Shown in pieces: positions 56,404 to 63,722 of a stretch of 64,000 nt of DNA. Source of the stretch: a virus; the IMG/VR virus record IMGVR_UViG_3300033064_006579, positions 32,001-96,000 of that record; one strand, given 5' to 3'. The position numbers and the translations under genes were made by a program. Position 1 is the first letter of the stretch. Every line of letters begins with the position of its first letter. A model generated the notes under the pieces. It was not told the DNA's origin, did no database searches, and worked only from the letters and a program-made list of their open reading frames with translations.

Positions 56404-56958
56404 TCATCTCCTCTCTGTCTCCCCCTTAACCTCCATTCTCCTAAAAATAGATTTCTTCCCCTCCTCCTTTCTGTCTCCCCCCGGCTGCGTAGTCTCCTCA
56501 AGCTCTAACGTCACCGTCCTCCTATCCCTCTGCTCTATTGGATCGTACCGTTCCAGCAACTCCATCAAATGCTTCCACGGTACTCTTCCCTCATTCACTG
56601 CTCTCACTGCGGCTCTAAAGCTCGCCTCTCCTAACTCAGTCCTCAGCAGATCAAATCGATAGAGGGGCTCTCCTCTAAGCAGCCTTATCCTCTGCTGCAC
56701 GAGGGGGACGCTCTGCAAATATCTAACTACCTTATCTGTACCTATCCGCAGAGCGTCGGCGATCTCAGAGGGAGAATACCCTGCGTGAGTCCTCTGCGCT
56801 ACCTCCTCCATCTCGGGGGTCAATATAGTAGCATCCTCGAGGGTAGGCCTCCCTGGCCTCTTCGCTCTACCAGCGACAACCTCCGCTACTCGAGGAGGCT
56901 CAATGATGGAGGGGCTGCTCTCTTTTCTCCGCTTGATTTTAGGTCTCTCATCAGCCAT
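56404..56958 (-). CDS. Putative terminase small subunit (HTH)
   Basis: GRPT, GYSPSEIADALRI HTH, LLERYDP; upstream of TerL. Confidence 0.65.
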   Translation of the reverse strand: MADERPKIKRRKESSPSIIEPPRVAEVVAGRAKRPGRPTLEDATILTPEMEEVAQRTHAGYSPSEIADALRIGTDKVVRYLQSVPLVQQRIRLLRGEPLYRFDLLRTELGEASFRAAVRAVNEGRVPWKHLMELLERYDPIEQRDRRTVTLELEETTQPGGDRKEEGKKSIFRRMEVKGETERR

Positions 56959-57095
56959 TTTTATTCCTTTAAAACCCTTTTTATCCTAGGGGGCTGAATT
57001 AATTGGCATTTATTTTCCATCTCTTTGAGTATTCCTGATAATTAAGCGGCCATTTTTAAGTGAGCGAGAGGGAATCTCCTCCCCCTGCACATAGC

Positions 57096-57467
57096 CTACT
57101 CCTCCACGAGAAAGAGGCTGTCCTCCTCGAGGTCGAGTAGCACGCCCCGTGAAGGAGTATCATCACATTTAATGCAATGTGATATTAATCTCTTCACTTC
57201 AATTGCCCTCATCACTCGGCCCCCCACTCCATCCCCCGCTCTCTTTATTAGAATCCTCAATTCCTCAATATTAGCGCCAAACCCCCTGCAGATATCGGAG
57301 AACAGTATTTCACTATCCTGAGAGTCGAGGAATAGCCAATTAAAAGCACTCTGGTATTCCCCTAAAACCCCCTTCGATTGGCTATCACTGCTCCGACAAC
57401 CGTAGAGGTAATCGTTTATCGCTCTCTCTACTATCTTAATCCAAATCGTTTCGTTGAATGCTGTCAT
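57096..57467 (-). CDS. Conserved phage hypothetical protein
   Basis: AINDYL...WLF...FSDICRGFG...LR pattern. Confidence 0.65.
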   Translation of the reverse strand: MTAFNETIWIKIVERAINDYLYGCRSSDSQSKGVLGEYQSAFNWLFLDSQDSEILFSDICRGFGANIEELRILIKRAGDGVGGRVMRAIEVKRLISHCIKCDDTPSRGVLLDLEEDSLFLVEE

Positions 57468-57709
57468 TTCATTTCATTCTGCGAATCCGTGGTTGGGTGT
57501 CCCAGCATAGCCAACGCCATCAATTTCCTCCACCTCTTCTATTTATCTCAGGCAAATGCACACTTCTTCCAGTAGCACCAGACTGTTTCGTTAAATCATC
57601 GTTAGAATGTCCGAGTTTGCATTCTCTATTTATCTCAGCCTCCAACATTTCTATTCGCTCAATCTGCCAATCGGCGAGGATATCAAACACCATTTCGCCG
57701 GAGGTGCCT

Positions 57710-57808
57710 CTAATTAGAGCCTCGTCCATCCATGCAACTCATGCAATTATCGGGGAGCGGGAACTTCACATCATGTTTACAACTCCAACAACTTTTTTCT
57801 GACGACAT
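57710..57808 (-). CDS. Small CxxC...CxxC peptide immediately 3' of the last attC
   Basis: Manual: MSSEKSCWSCKHDVKFPLPDNCMSCMDGRGSN; RBS AAAGGA. Confidence 0.4.
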   Translation of the reverse strand: MSSEKSCWSCKHDVKFPLPDNCMSCMDGRGSN

Positions 57809-57824
57809 CTCATATTCCTTTCAA

Positions 57825-57879
57825 GCCGAATGGTTAGATCAGCGGCGCTTTTCGCGTCGGCTGAATCAACTTGTTATGC
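57825..57879 (-). mobile_element. attC-like recombination site 1 (55 bp)
   Basis: R'' GCATAAC, L'' GAT[T]CAGCCG[A]CG, L' CGCCGCTGATC, R' ATTCGGC. Confidence 0.85.
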
Positions 57880-57880
57880 T

Positions 57881-58108
57881 TTAATTTGCATGCGGCAATG
57901 ATTCATGTCTAATTACACCACGCCAATTTTGACCTCTACCTTGACCATAAGAAACTGCGTTTTCATGTTTTACTATTTTGAGATCCAATATGCGTAACAC
58001 CGCTTCTAATTGCTTAATGTGCTTTCCATTTCAAGATCCCTTGCATAATTCACCAACCTTACTTCCGCAATGGTGACACTCTACCTTTAAATTCATGCCC
58101 ATCAGCAT
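57881..58108 (-). pseudogene. Cassette ORF (75 codons) interrupted by in-frame TGA
   Basis: MLMGMNLKVECHHCGSKVGELCKGS*NGKHIKQLE...LPHAN; TGA at 58031-58033; final TAA 1 nt before R''. Confidence 0.6.
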
Positions 58109-58116
58109 CTCCTGAA

Positions 58117-58239
58117 GCATAATGGTGAAGTGAGCGGTTGCGGGGCCGTGTCACGGGTATGGAATTGAACCATATTGAGCACTATTACCCACCAGGGATT
58201 CCCGCTAACCCCGCAATCCGCTCGACTGACTTGTTAGAT
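58117..58239 (-). mobile_element. attC-like recombination site 2 (123 bp)
   Basis: R'' ATCTAAC, GT[C]GAGCGG[A]TTGCGGGG / CCCCGCAACCGCTCAC, R' ATTATGC. Confidence 0.9.
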
Positions 58240-58445
58240 TTTATTTTCATTTCAAGATCCCTTATTTTCATCTCAAGACCCCTTATTTTGTCTTCATCTC
58301 GAATGGCTTCAAGTGTGGCTTCTACAGCATATTTCTGTAAAGCAGCACAATATTGACCCATATTTATCAGTCCCGGGATTGGCTCATTATTGTGATCCCA
58401 TCCTAAAGGTGTGCCCCGAAAATCTTCCTTATGTGGTATTTCCAT
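58185..58445 (-). CDS. Cassette-borne hypothetical protein (stop inside attC2)
   Basis: RBS AAGGAGG just after R' of attC3. Confidence 0.7.
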   Translation of the reverse strand: MEIPHKEDFRGTPLGWDHNNEPIPGLINMGQYCAALQKYAVEATLEAIRDEDKIRGLEMKIRDLEMKIKSNKSVERIAGLAGIPGG

Positions 58446-58458
58446 AAAACCTCCTTAA

Positions 58459-58516
58459 ACATAATGTTTAGCTGACCTGCCGTTCGTCTCCGGTCGGGTC
58501 TGGCGGCTTGTTAGAT
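58459..58516 (-). mobile_element. attC-like recombination site 3 (58 bp)
   Basis: R'' ATCTAAC, GC[C]AGACCCG[A]CCG / CGGCAGGTCAGC, R' ATTATGT. Confidence 0.8.
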
Positions 58517-58671
58517 TGCTTAAAGTGCTCGCCTCCACATGGTGGCCTATACGGAAAAACAATATACCTTGCCGAGCCACGTTTTAGACATCTCATGCTG
58601 GATGGTTCATCTTCGCGTTTATCGAAAACGGTAAACCATATACAATTCTTACAATTCATGCTCATCCTCAA
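58468..58671 (-). CDS. Cassette-borne small Cys-rich protein (stop inside attC3)
   Basis: CKNCIWF...C...C..F; starts right after R' of attC4. Confidence 0.65.
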   Translation of the reverse strand: MRMSMNCKNCIWFTVFDKREDEPSSMRCLKRGSARYIVFPYRPPCGGEHFKQSNKPPDPTGDERQVS

Positions 58672-58674
58672 GCA

Positions 58675-58798
58675 GCCTAATGGTTAGATCAGCGGCGGGC
58701 TACTGATATGCCCCACAATCAGGGCAGTAGCGATGACCACCAACCTTCATCATACGATGATGCGAACATTTACCGTCCGCTGAATCGGCAGGTTGGGG
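58675..58798 (-). mobile_element. attC-like recombination site 4 (124 bp)
   Basis: R'' CCCCAAC, GAT[T]CAGCGG[A]CG / CGCCGCTGATC, R' ATTAGGC. Confidence 0.85.
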
Positions 58799-58947
58799 GC
58801 ATCAGGCGACAAGATACCCCGGCAAAAAGTTATTGCCTCCCTCGCATCGTCTTGTGCTTGTTCGTGCTTCATTTCCATAGAACTTTCAAGCTGTTTGATA
58901 GTGTCTATTAAAAATCGCTTAACAGCTTCAATATATGGGTTATACAT
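58750..58947 (-). CDS. Cassette-borne hypothetical protein (stop inside attC4)
   Basis: RBS GGGAGG overlaps R' of attC5. Confidence 0.7.
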   Translation of the reverse strand: MYNPYIEAVKRFLIDTIKQLESSMEMKHEQAQDDAREAITFCRGILSPDAPNLPIQRTVNVRIIV

Positions 58948-58954
58948 TTCAGCC

Positions 58955-59073
58955 TCCCAATGGTTAGATCAGCGGCGGGCTACGCTGAAAAGGCACCCGC
59001 AATCACTAAGAGCTTTTTGGCATCCAGTACACAAACCGTCAATAACCTCGTCCGCTGAATCGGGTTGTTGGTT
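58955..59073 (-). mobile_element. attC-like recombination site 5 (119 bp)
   Basis: R'' AACCAAC, GAT[T]CAGCGG[A]CG / CGCCGCTGATC, R' ATTGGGA. Confidence 0.85.
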
Positions 59074-59205
59074 TTCCATTTCGACTACCTTAACTTGGAC
59101 GTTCATAGTGCACGTTTTTGAAAATAGACACGCCTCCAGGTTCTCTTTGCTCATCCAATCTTCGCCGTAATCATCACGCCACTCAATGCTAAATGTTCTT
59201 TTCAT
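58969..59205 (-). CDS. Hypothetical protein reading through almost all of attC5
   Basis: Start MKRTFSIEW with RBS GGAGGG; TGA lies in L'. Confidence 0.7.
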   Translation of the reverse strand: MKRTFSIEWRDDYGEDWMSKENLEACLFSKTCTMNVQVKVVEMENQQPDSADEVIDGLCTGCQKALSDCGCLFSVARR

Positions 59206-59206
59206 T

Positions 59207-59449
59207 TTACCCTCCTTTCCCGCACTTTTTCCAGTACGGTTTCTCCGAAATAAACTTAAATTTTCCCAACACCCTGGGATGAAACAAAATGAAACAATCC
59301 TCACAGAAGACTTTATACAAACTTGGCTTGTTGTCCTGGTAAACAATAGCCCTGCCTGTGCCATCATAAACACGGCTACGAATCCCCGAGGTGACAATAA
59401 TCAACCCTCCACAGACCGGACATCTCAACATCTCACTCTCCTTCCCCAC
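59207..59449 (-). CDS. Small zinc-ribbon protein
   Basis: CPVCGG...CEDC. Confidence 0.6.
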   Translation of the reverse strand: MGKESEMLRCPVCGGLIIVTSGIRSRVYDGTGRAIVYQDNKPSLYKVFCEDCFILFHPRVLGKFKFISEKPYWKKCGKGG

Positions 59450-59897
59450 ACTTGCACCTGGACGGCTGGCGTCCGAACCAAAGTGCCATTGCTGTACTGA
59501 ACTCGCTCCAATCTCCGAACCACTCTCTCTTTAGCGGACAAGTTGAGAACCACGCCTCCCACTCATCCACCGGTTCCGGTTCCGGCTCAGGCTCAGGCTC
59601 AGGCTCAACAAAGCCTGCTCCCCAATATCTTTCCTTGTGTTCAGGCTCTGGAGCGGGCGGGTCGATGATAAGATACCCCTCACTTGTTGGAGAATAATCT
59701 ATGGTGGCAATGTTCCAACAGTTGGTGACGGTATTCCAAAACTTTTCCCCATATTTGGGAAAGCCAATCCGCAGCGTCCACCCGCCCTCTCTCACCAACG
59801 TGAAAGCCTCATGTAGCATCTGCGGCAAGGTGCGTAGGACTGCCCCTGGGAACCGCTCTCCTTCCTTATAAATTACATACTTGTCGTCACTCATCAT
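59433..59897 (-). CDS. Hypothetical protein with (EP)n linker
   Basis: RBS AAAGGAG; EPEPEPEPEPEP. Confidence 0.7.
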   Translation of the reverse strand: MMSDDKYVIYKEGERFPGAVLRTLPQMLHEAFTLVREGGWTLRIGFPKYGEKFWNTVTNCWNIATIDYSPTSEGYLIIDPPAPEPEHKERYWGAGFVEPEPEPEPEPEPVDEWEAWFSTCPLKREWFGDWSEFSTAMALWFGRQPSRCKCGEGE

Positions 59898-59923
59898 TTT
59901 CTCCTTTCATGGCGCAGGGCCGG

Positions 59924-60295
59924 TTAGTCGTCGTCAAAAACTCGCTGAATCATGTCGCATACAATTCCTTGAGCTTCGCGGGTTAACCTCGAAATACAAT
60001 CCTCCGGGATTTCGCCTTGCGTGTCCCAGACGTGTTCCCACAGGTCGTCCCGGAGCATTTCAAAGTTAAAGCCGTCGCAGAAAAACGCATTGCGAATAGA
60101 GAGGCAGTCCAGGCAAGTCTTGAAGCGGCTGAAATCGCCGTCCCACATGCCGGAAACATGCTCGTATTCTTCTCTTATCCCTATGGTCCGTCCACACTCA
60201 GAGCATTTATGTTCCTTTCCCGCCCTTCTGTGTTCGGCAGCATGAAACTCTGCCTGGCTGTCAACGTCTACGGTAACGCAAGCACAGGATTCCAT
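59924..60295 (-). CDS. Conserved phage zinc-binding protein
   Basis: KEHKCSECGRTI...Y...GMWDGDF...KTCLDC. Confidence 0.75.
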   Translation of the reverse strand: MESCACVTVDVDSQAEFHAAEHRRAGKEHKCSECGRTIGIREEYEHVSGMWDGDFSRFKTCLDCLSIRNAFFCDGFNFEMLRDDLWEHVWDTQGEIPEDCISRLTREAQGIVCDMIQRVFDDD

Positions 60296-60315
60296 CTCAC
60301 TCTCCTTTCATGGCT

Positions 60316-60696
60316 TTAAAGTTCCTTCATCTCAAAGGCAGTCGGGATAACATCGTAGGTGCACTTATAATCAAAGAAGCCATCATACATCATCCTCTTC
60401 CTAACACTTTTGGCGATACTGACTGCTTCGACGCGTCTAACCGGCAGATCATCATTACATCGATTGAATGCCCTGAACATTCTGCGACGCGATATCTCTA
60501 TCCCCACTTTCTCAATAAACCCACTCTCTCTAAGTTCGCTATCGGAGCAGAGGGAAAAACCGCGAGCATAGACCCCACCAATCTCACCAATCGCGACAGT
60601 TGCTCGTGGCGTCCCCCTATTACTGAGTAAATGGTAAATGAAAATCCTCATTCCCTTCGGCTTACTTCTGTCGTGAATTTTAGTCTCCCTACCCAT
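60316..60696 (-). CDS. Hypothetical phage protein
   Basis: RBS AGGAGGG; ARGFSLCSDS...F...GIEIS..R. Confidence 0.7.
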   Translation of the reverse strand: MGRETKIHDRSKPKGMRIFIYHLLSNRGTPRATVAIGEIGGVYARGFSLCSDSELRESGFIEKVGIEISRRRMFRAFNRCNDDLPVRRVEAVSIAKSVRKRMMYDGFFDYKCTYDVIPTAFEMKEL

Positions 60697-60727
60697 AATC
60701 CTACCCTCCTTATAGCAAACCCTTAGC

Positions 60728-60781
60728 TTAGAAAGAAAACCTACTGTCGTGGCGATCTGAACGCTTAGAATTGGTTTTAGG
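60728..60781 (+). repeat. Diverged inverted copy of the 74-bp repeat
   Basis: 29 identical bp TTAGAAAGAAAACCTACTGTCGTGGCGAT plus AGAATT(G/A)GTTTTAGG. Confidence 0.9.
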
Positions 60782-60813
60782 CTGTCACCACTTCTAAAAT
60801 ATTCGCCTCAATA

Positions 60814-60889
60814 TGGAGCGGAGAGAAGGAATCGAACCTCCGATACTTCTGGCCGGAAGCCAGATGCCATACCACTTGGCTATCCCCGC
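60814..60889 (-). tRNA. tRNA-Gly(UCC)
   Basis: Full cloverleaf GCGGGGA.../TCTCCGC, anticodon loop CT-TCC-GG, TTCGATT loop, U73, encoded CCA. Confidence 0.95.
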
Positions 60890-60937
60890 ACAACTTCATA
60901 TTCCTCCGAGCCTTTTAAATGGCTAAACAATTGAGGG

Positions 60938-62500
60938 TTAATAACCTTTATCACGATACTGGATTCTCTTTACAAATCTATATAATCTGGTTTTATGAAG
61001 GACCCACAATAAAAACGTCTTTGGTATATCTTTAACCCAACATTTTAAATATTGCTTTTTTCTCGTAGATCTCAATATAGCCTTCCAATATAATTTCTGG
61101 AATGGTTTCATTGCCCACATACGCTCAAAGGTTGGGGTAGCCCGAAAACGAATGTTCCATTTATCCCATAATCTCTCTAAGTCAATATCGTGTTCTGCCA
61201 TTCGGAAGCGTTCTATTGGATTTAACCTGTTTCCGATCAGCCTTGAGTACTCCGCGACGGTAAGCTTTGGGGTGCAATAGTCTTCGTATATCTTGGTACC
61301 TGGATATGGGGTGGTGACTCCGAAGATCACGCCGGCACTTGGTTTCAATTCCTTCAGCAAGTCGTAGGTAAGTTTCAAATCGTCTCTGTTCTCTGAAGGC
61401 AAATTCAAAAGCATCGTAGCAAAAGATCGTAGTTTGTGCTTTGAGCACCACCCAAACACCTGTCGAATCTGATCGATCGTAATCCCCTTGTTCACAGTGT
61501 CCAGTAGCCGTTGCGAACCAGACTCTACCCCAATGTCGAGCTGAATACATCCCGTCTCCTTCAACCCCCTTATCATTTCTTCGGTTACTATATCTGCCCT
61601 CGTCTGACAAGCATATGGCACTTCATCCTGCGGATAATAGTTTGCTTTTTTATCGAACCACTCGTCCATCCATTTCTTACTCATTCCAAACATATCATCA
61701 AATAGGTAGAAAAAGTCAAGGTGGTGGTGTCTTATCAGATGGGATATTTCTTGTATAACATTATCGACTGGTCTTAATCGGCAGGCTTTTCCTTTATTGG
61801 CTTGCCAAACAACATTCGCTGCACAAAAATCGCAATCGAAAGGACAACCACGACCAGCGAACACACATATCATCGAACAATAAATACGTCGGATAATAAG
61901 TTTTTGTGGTTTTAGATAATAACTATGCATATTTTCTTCTATTAAATCATAAGCTGACATAGGAAGATTCGTAAGATCCATGAAGTGACGCGGTTCTGTT
62001 TTGATAAATTCTCTTTTTTCATCTAAGTAACCTATTCCATTCACCCTGTCAAGGGCATCCATGTCGTTTATATCCCACTCATCATACCATTTCCACAATT
62101 CCCAGCAAGTCTCCTCCCCTTCACCAATAACAGCGATGTCGAAGGGGCTCTCCGGAAATATGAAGTCCTCTGGATTGATTGTCGAATGAGCATTGCCAAC
62201 AAGCAAAGTAGTATCTGGTTGATGGAATTTGACCATCTGTCCGAGTTCATAAATCATTGGATAATCAGAATGAAATGCGGCAAGGCCAACAAAGCGTGCT
62301 CGATTAGAACCATCGACCAGGGCTGAGGCTATCTTTTGTTTGTGTGCCTTCATATCAGCAGGCCTGTCGCCCCCCTTCTGATCGATGATCCTAACAGAGC
62401 ACCCTTTGCCCCTAAGATATGCTGCCAACGACATGAAATAGTAGGGTGGGTGCGGATTGCGAGCATTTGTAGGGCTCGTTATGAATAGAAAATCAAGCAT
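60938..62500 (-). CDS. Cobalamin-binding radical SAM enzyme (class B methyltransferase-like)
   Basis: N-terminal B12-binding domain; GRGCPFDCDFC; GVESGSQRLL; TPYPGT. Confidence 0.92.
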   Translation of the reverse strand: MLDFLFITSPTNARNPHPPYYFMSLAAYLRGKGCSVRIIDQKGGDRPADMKAHKQKIASALVDGSNRARFVGLAAFHSDYPMIYELGQMVKFHQPDTTLLVGNAHSTINPEDFIFPESPFDIAVIGEGEETCWELWKWYDEWDINDMDALDRVNGIGYLDEKREFIKTEPRHFMDLTNLPMSAYDLIEENMHSYYLKPQKLIIRRIYCSMICVFAGRGCPFDCDFCAANVVWQANKGKACRLRPVDNVIQEISHLIRHHHLDFFYLFDDMFGMSKKWMDEWFDKKANYYPQDEVPYACQTRADIVTEEMIRGLKETGCIQLDIGVESGSQRLLDTVNKGITIDQIRQVFGWCSKHKLRSFATMLLNLPSENRDDLKLTYDLLKELKPSAGVIFGVTTPYPGTKIYEDYCTPKLTVAEYSRLIGNRLNPIERFRMAEHDIDLERLWDKWNIRFRATPTFERMWAMKPFQKLYWKAILRSTRKKQYLKCWVKDIPKTFLLWVLHKTRLYRFVKRIQYRDKGY

Positions 62501-62750
62501 GGCTTATGAAGGAGCGCATAGAAAGTGTTTCTTTTAATTTAGTTACTAAAATATTAATTTCTTTCTCTACGATCTTCTTACATCTATCACAAAGTTCACC
62601 GTCCCAAATGAGAGTCCTTTTTTTACTCCACGAAGAGTTGGTAAAATAAATCATATCCGTCGTCCCAACAGGCCTGTCGATCTTCGACGATATCATCCTA
62701 CCACAAATATCACACTCTACGATTATCCTTCTCATTGATTTCCTCCTCAA
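62493..62750 (-). CDS. Small zinc-binding hypothetical protein
   Basis: CDICG...LCDRC. Confidence 0.65.
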   Translation of the reverse strand: MRRKSMRRIIVECDICGRMISSKIDRPVGTTDMIYFTNSSWSKKRTLIWDGELCDRCKKIVEKEINILVTKLKETLSMRSFISHA

Positions 62751-62971
62751 TCCACAAAAACTCGTGCAGAAACGATAATAAGCGCTGCACCATTAATTTC
62801 CAAAGTCGCGTAGGTAAGCTCAACATCCATTACGCGATAGCATCTCCTAACATCGTCAATCCTATTATCTAAGACAACCAGCGTGCCTTTCTCCGGTACA
62901 ATATCTATCTCCATTGCTGCAATAAGCTTACCAATCTCGTTATTACTCTTTTTCAAAAACGTAACGTGCAT
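62747..62971 (-). CDS. Hypothetical protein
   Basis: Coupled between neighbours. Confidence 0.6.
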   Translation of the reverse strand: MHVTFLKKSNNEIGKLIAAMEIDIVPEKGTLVVLDNRIDDVRRCYRVMDVELTYATLEINGAALIIVSARVFVD

Positions 62972-62972
62972 A

Positions 62973-63722
62973 TTACAGATCCATCTTTGTCAAATCATCT
63001 CTAAATTGACAGAGCATCTTTAATTCTTTGGCGTCGATTGAGCACACATGATCGGGGCCAGGAACTTTTTTATCGTAAGTGAAATGTTTCTCGACAATTT
63101 TTGCCCCCAATACCATCGCTACCTTGGCGGCAGTAACGCCAACAGTGTGATCTGAGAATCCAAAATCCATTGAAAAAGGATTGTGCCTAAAATTCAAGCG
63201 GTCGAGAGGAGTAGGATACTCCGAAACGCAGTATAAAACATGTATATCTTTCTCGTCATAGTGAAGATCTCTCGCCATCACTCTCCAGAAATCGCCAGTC
63301 GCGATCTTCCCACTTGTTACCAAACCATTACTCACCAATATCGGTTTATTGATATCTTCGAAAAGACGGAGATAATCCTCGTCGGCAATACTCCTACTTG
63401 CTATTTTATGTCTCTCGACATTCATGCTCTCAAGCCAATTAAGACGTTTCTCGTCAAAAGCGCTGGCCATGAACTCTATCCCGACATCGTCGCAATGACA
63501 TTTCAATTCAAATGTCTGATCATAAGTTAATTGAGCATCAAGTATGCAAGCCCAGTCTTCGGGACTGAAATCAGTAGGGTGCAATAACTTTTTAGGATCA
63601 TAGAGTTGAAATTTAACGACATCAGCACCACAGATCTTCGCAGATTCACTCAATTTCTTGGCAATGAGCATATCGCCCTGGTGGTTGATTCCGATTTCCG
63701 CGATAATTTCACATCTTTGCAT
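62973..63722 (-). CDS. neuB: NeuB/PseI/SpsE-family nonulosonic acid synthase (no C-terminal SAF domain)
   Basis: IIAEIGINHQGD, VKFQ, KIAS, CVSEYPT, GFSDHT, IVEKHFT, GPDH; ATG 63722 with RBS GGAGG. Confidence 0.9.
   Translation of the reverse strand: MQRCEIIAEIGINHQGDMLIAKKLSESAKICGADVVKFQLYDPKKLLHPTDFSPEDWACILDAQLTYDQTFELKCHCDDVGIEFMASAFDEKRLNWLESMNVERHKIASRSIADEDYLRLFEDINKPILVSNGLVTSGKIATGDFWRVMARDLHYDEKDIHVLYCVSEYPTPLDRLNFRHNPFSMDFGFSDHTVGVTAAKVAMVLGAKIVEKHFTYDKKVPGPDHVCSIDAKELKMLCQFRDDLTKMDL

Noticed and set aside
58031-58033. Genome-wide TGA recoding
   Set aside because: TGA terminates well-defined genes (primase, Hel308-like helicase, tail chaperone), and long genes are intact under code 11.
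57831-58983. Repeats AATGGTTAGATCAGCGGCG as a CRISPR array
   Set aside because: Spacing is irregular (280-850 bp) with ORFs in between; each repeat is one arm of a larger attC-like palindrome; no cas genes.
59206-60700. Continuation of the attC array upstream
   Set aside because: No R''/L''/L'/R' palindromes found between these ORFs; most are directly coupled. No attI or integrase recognisable.
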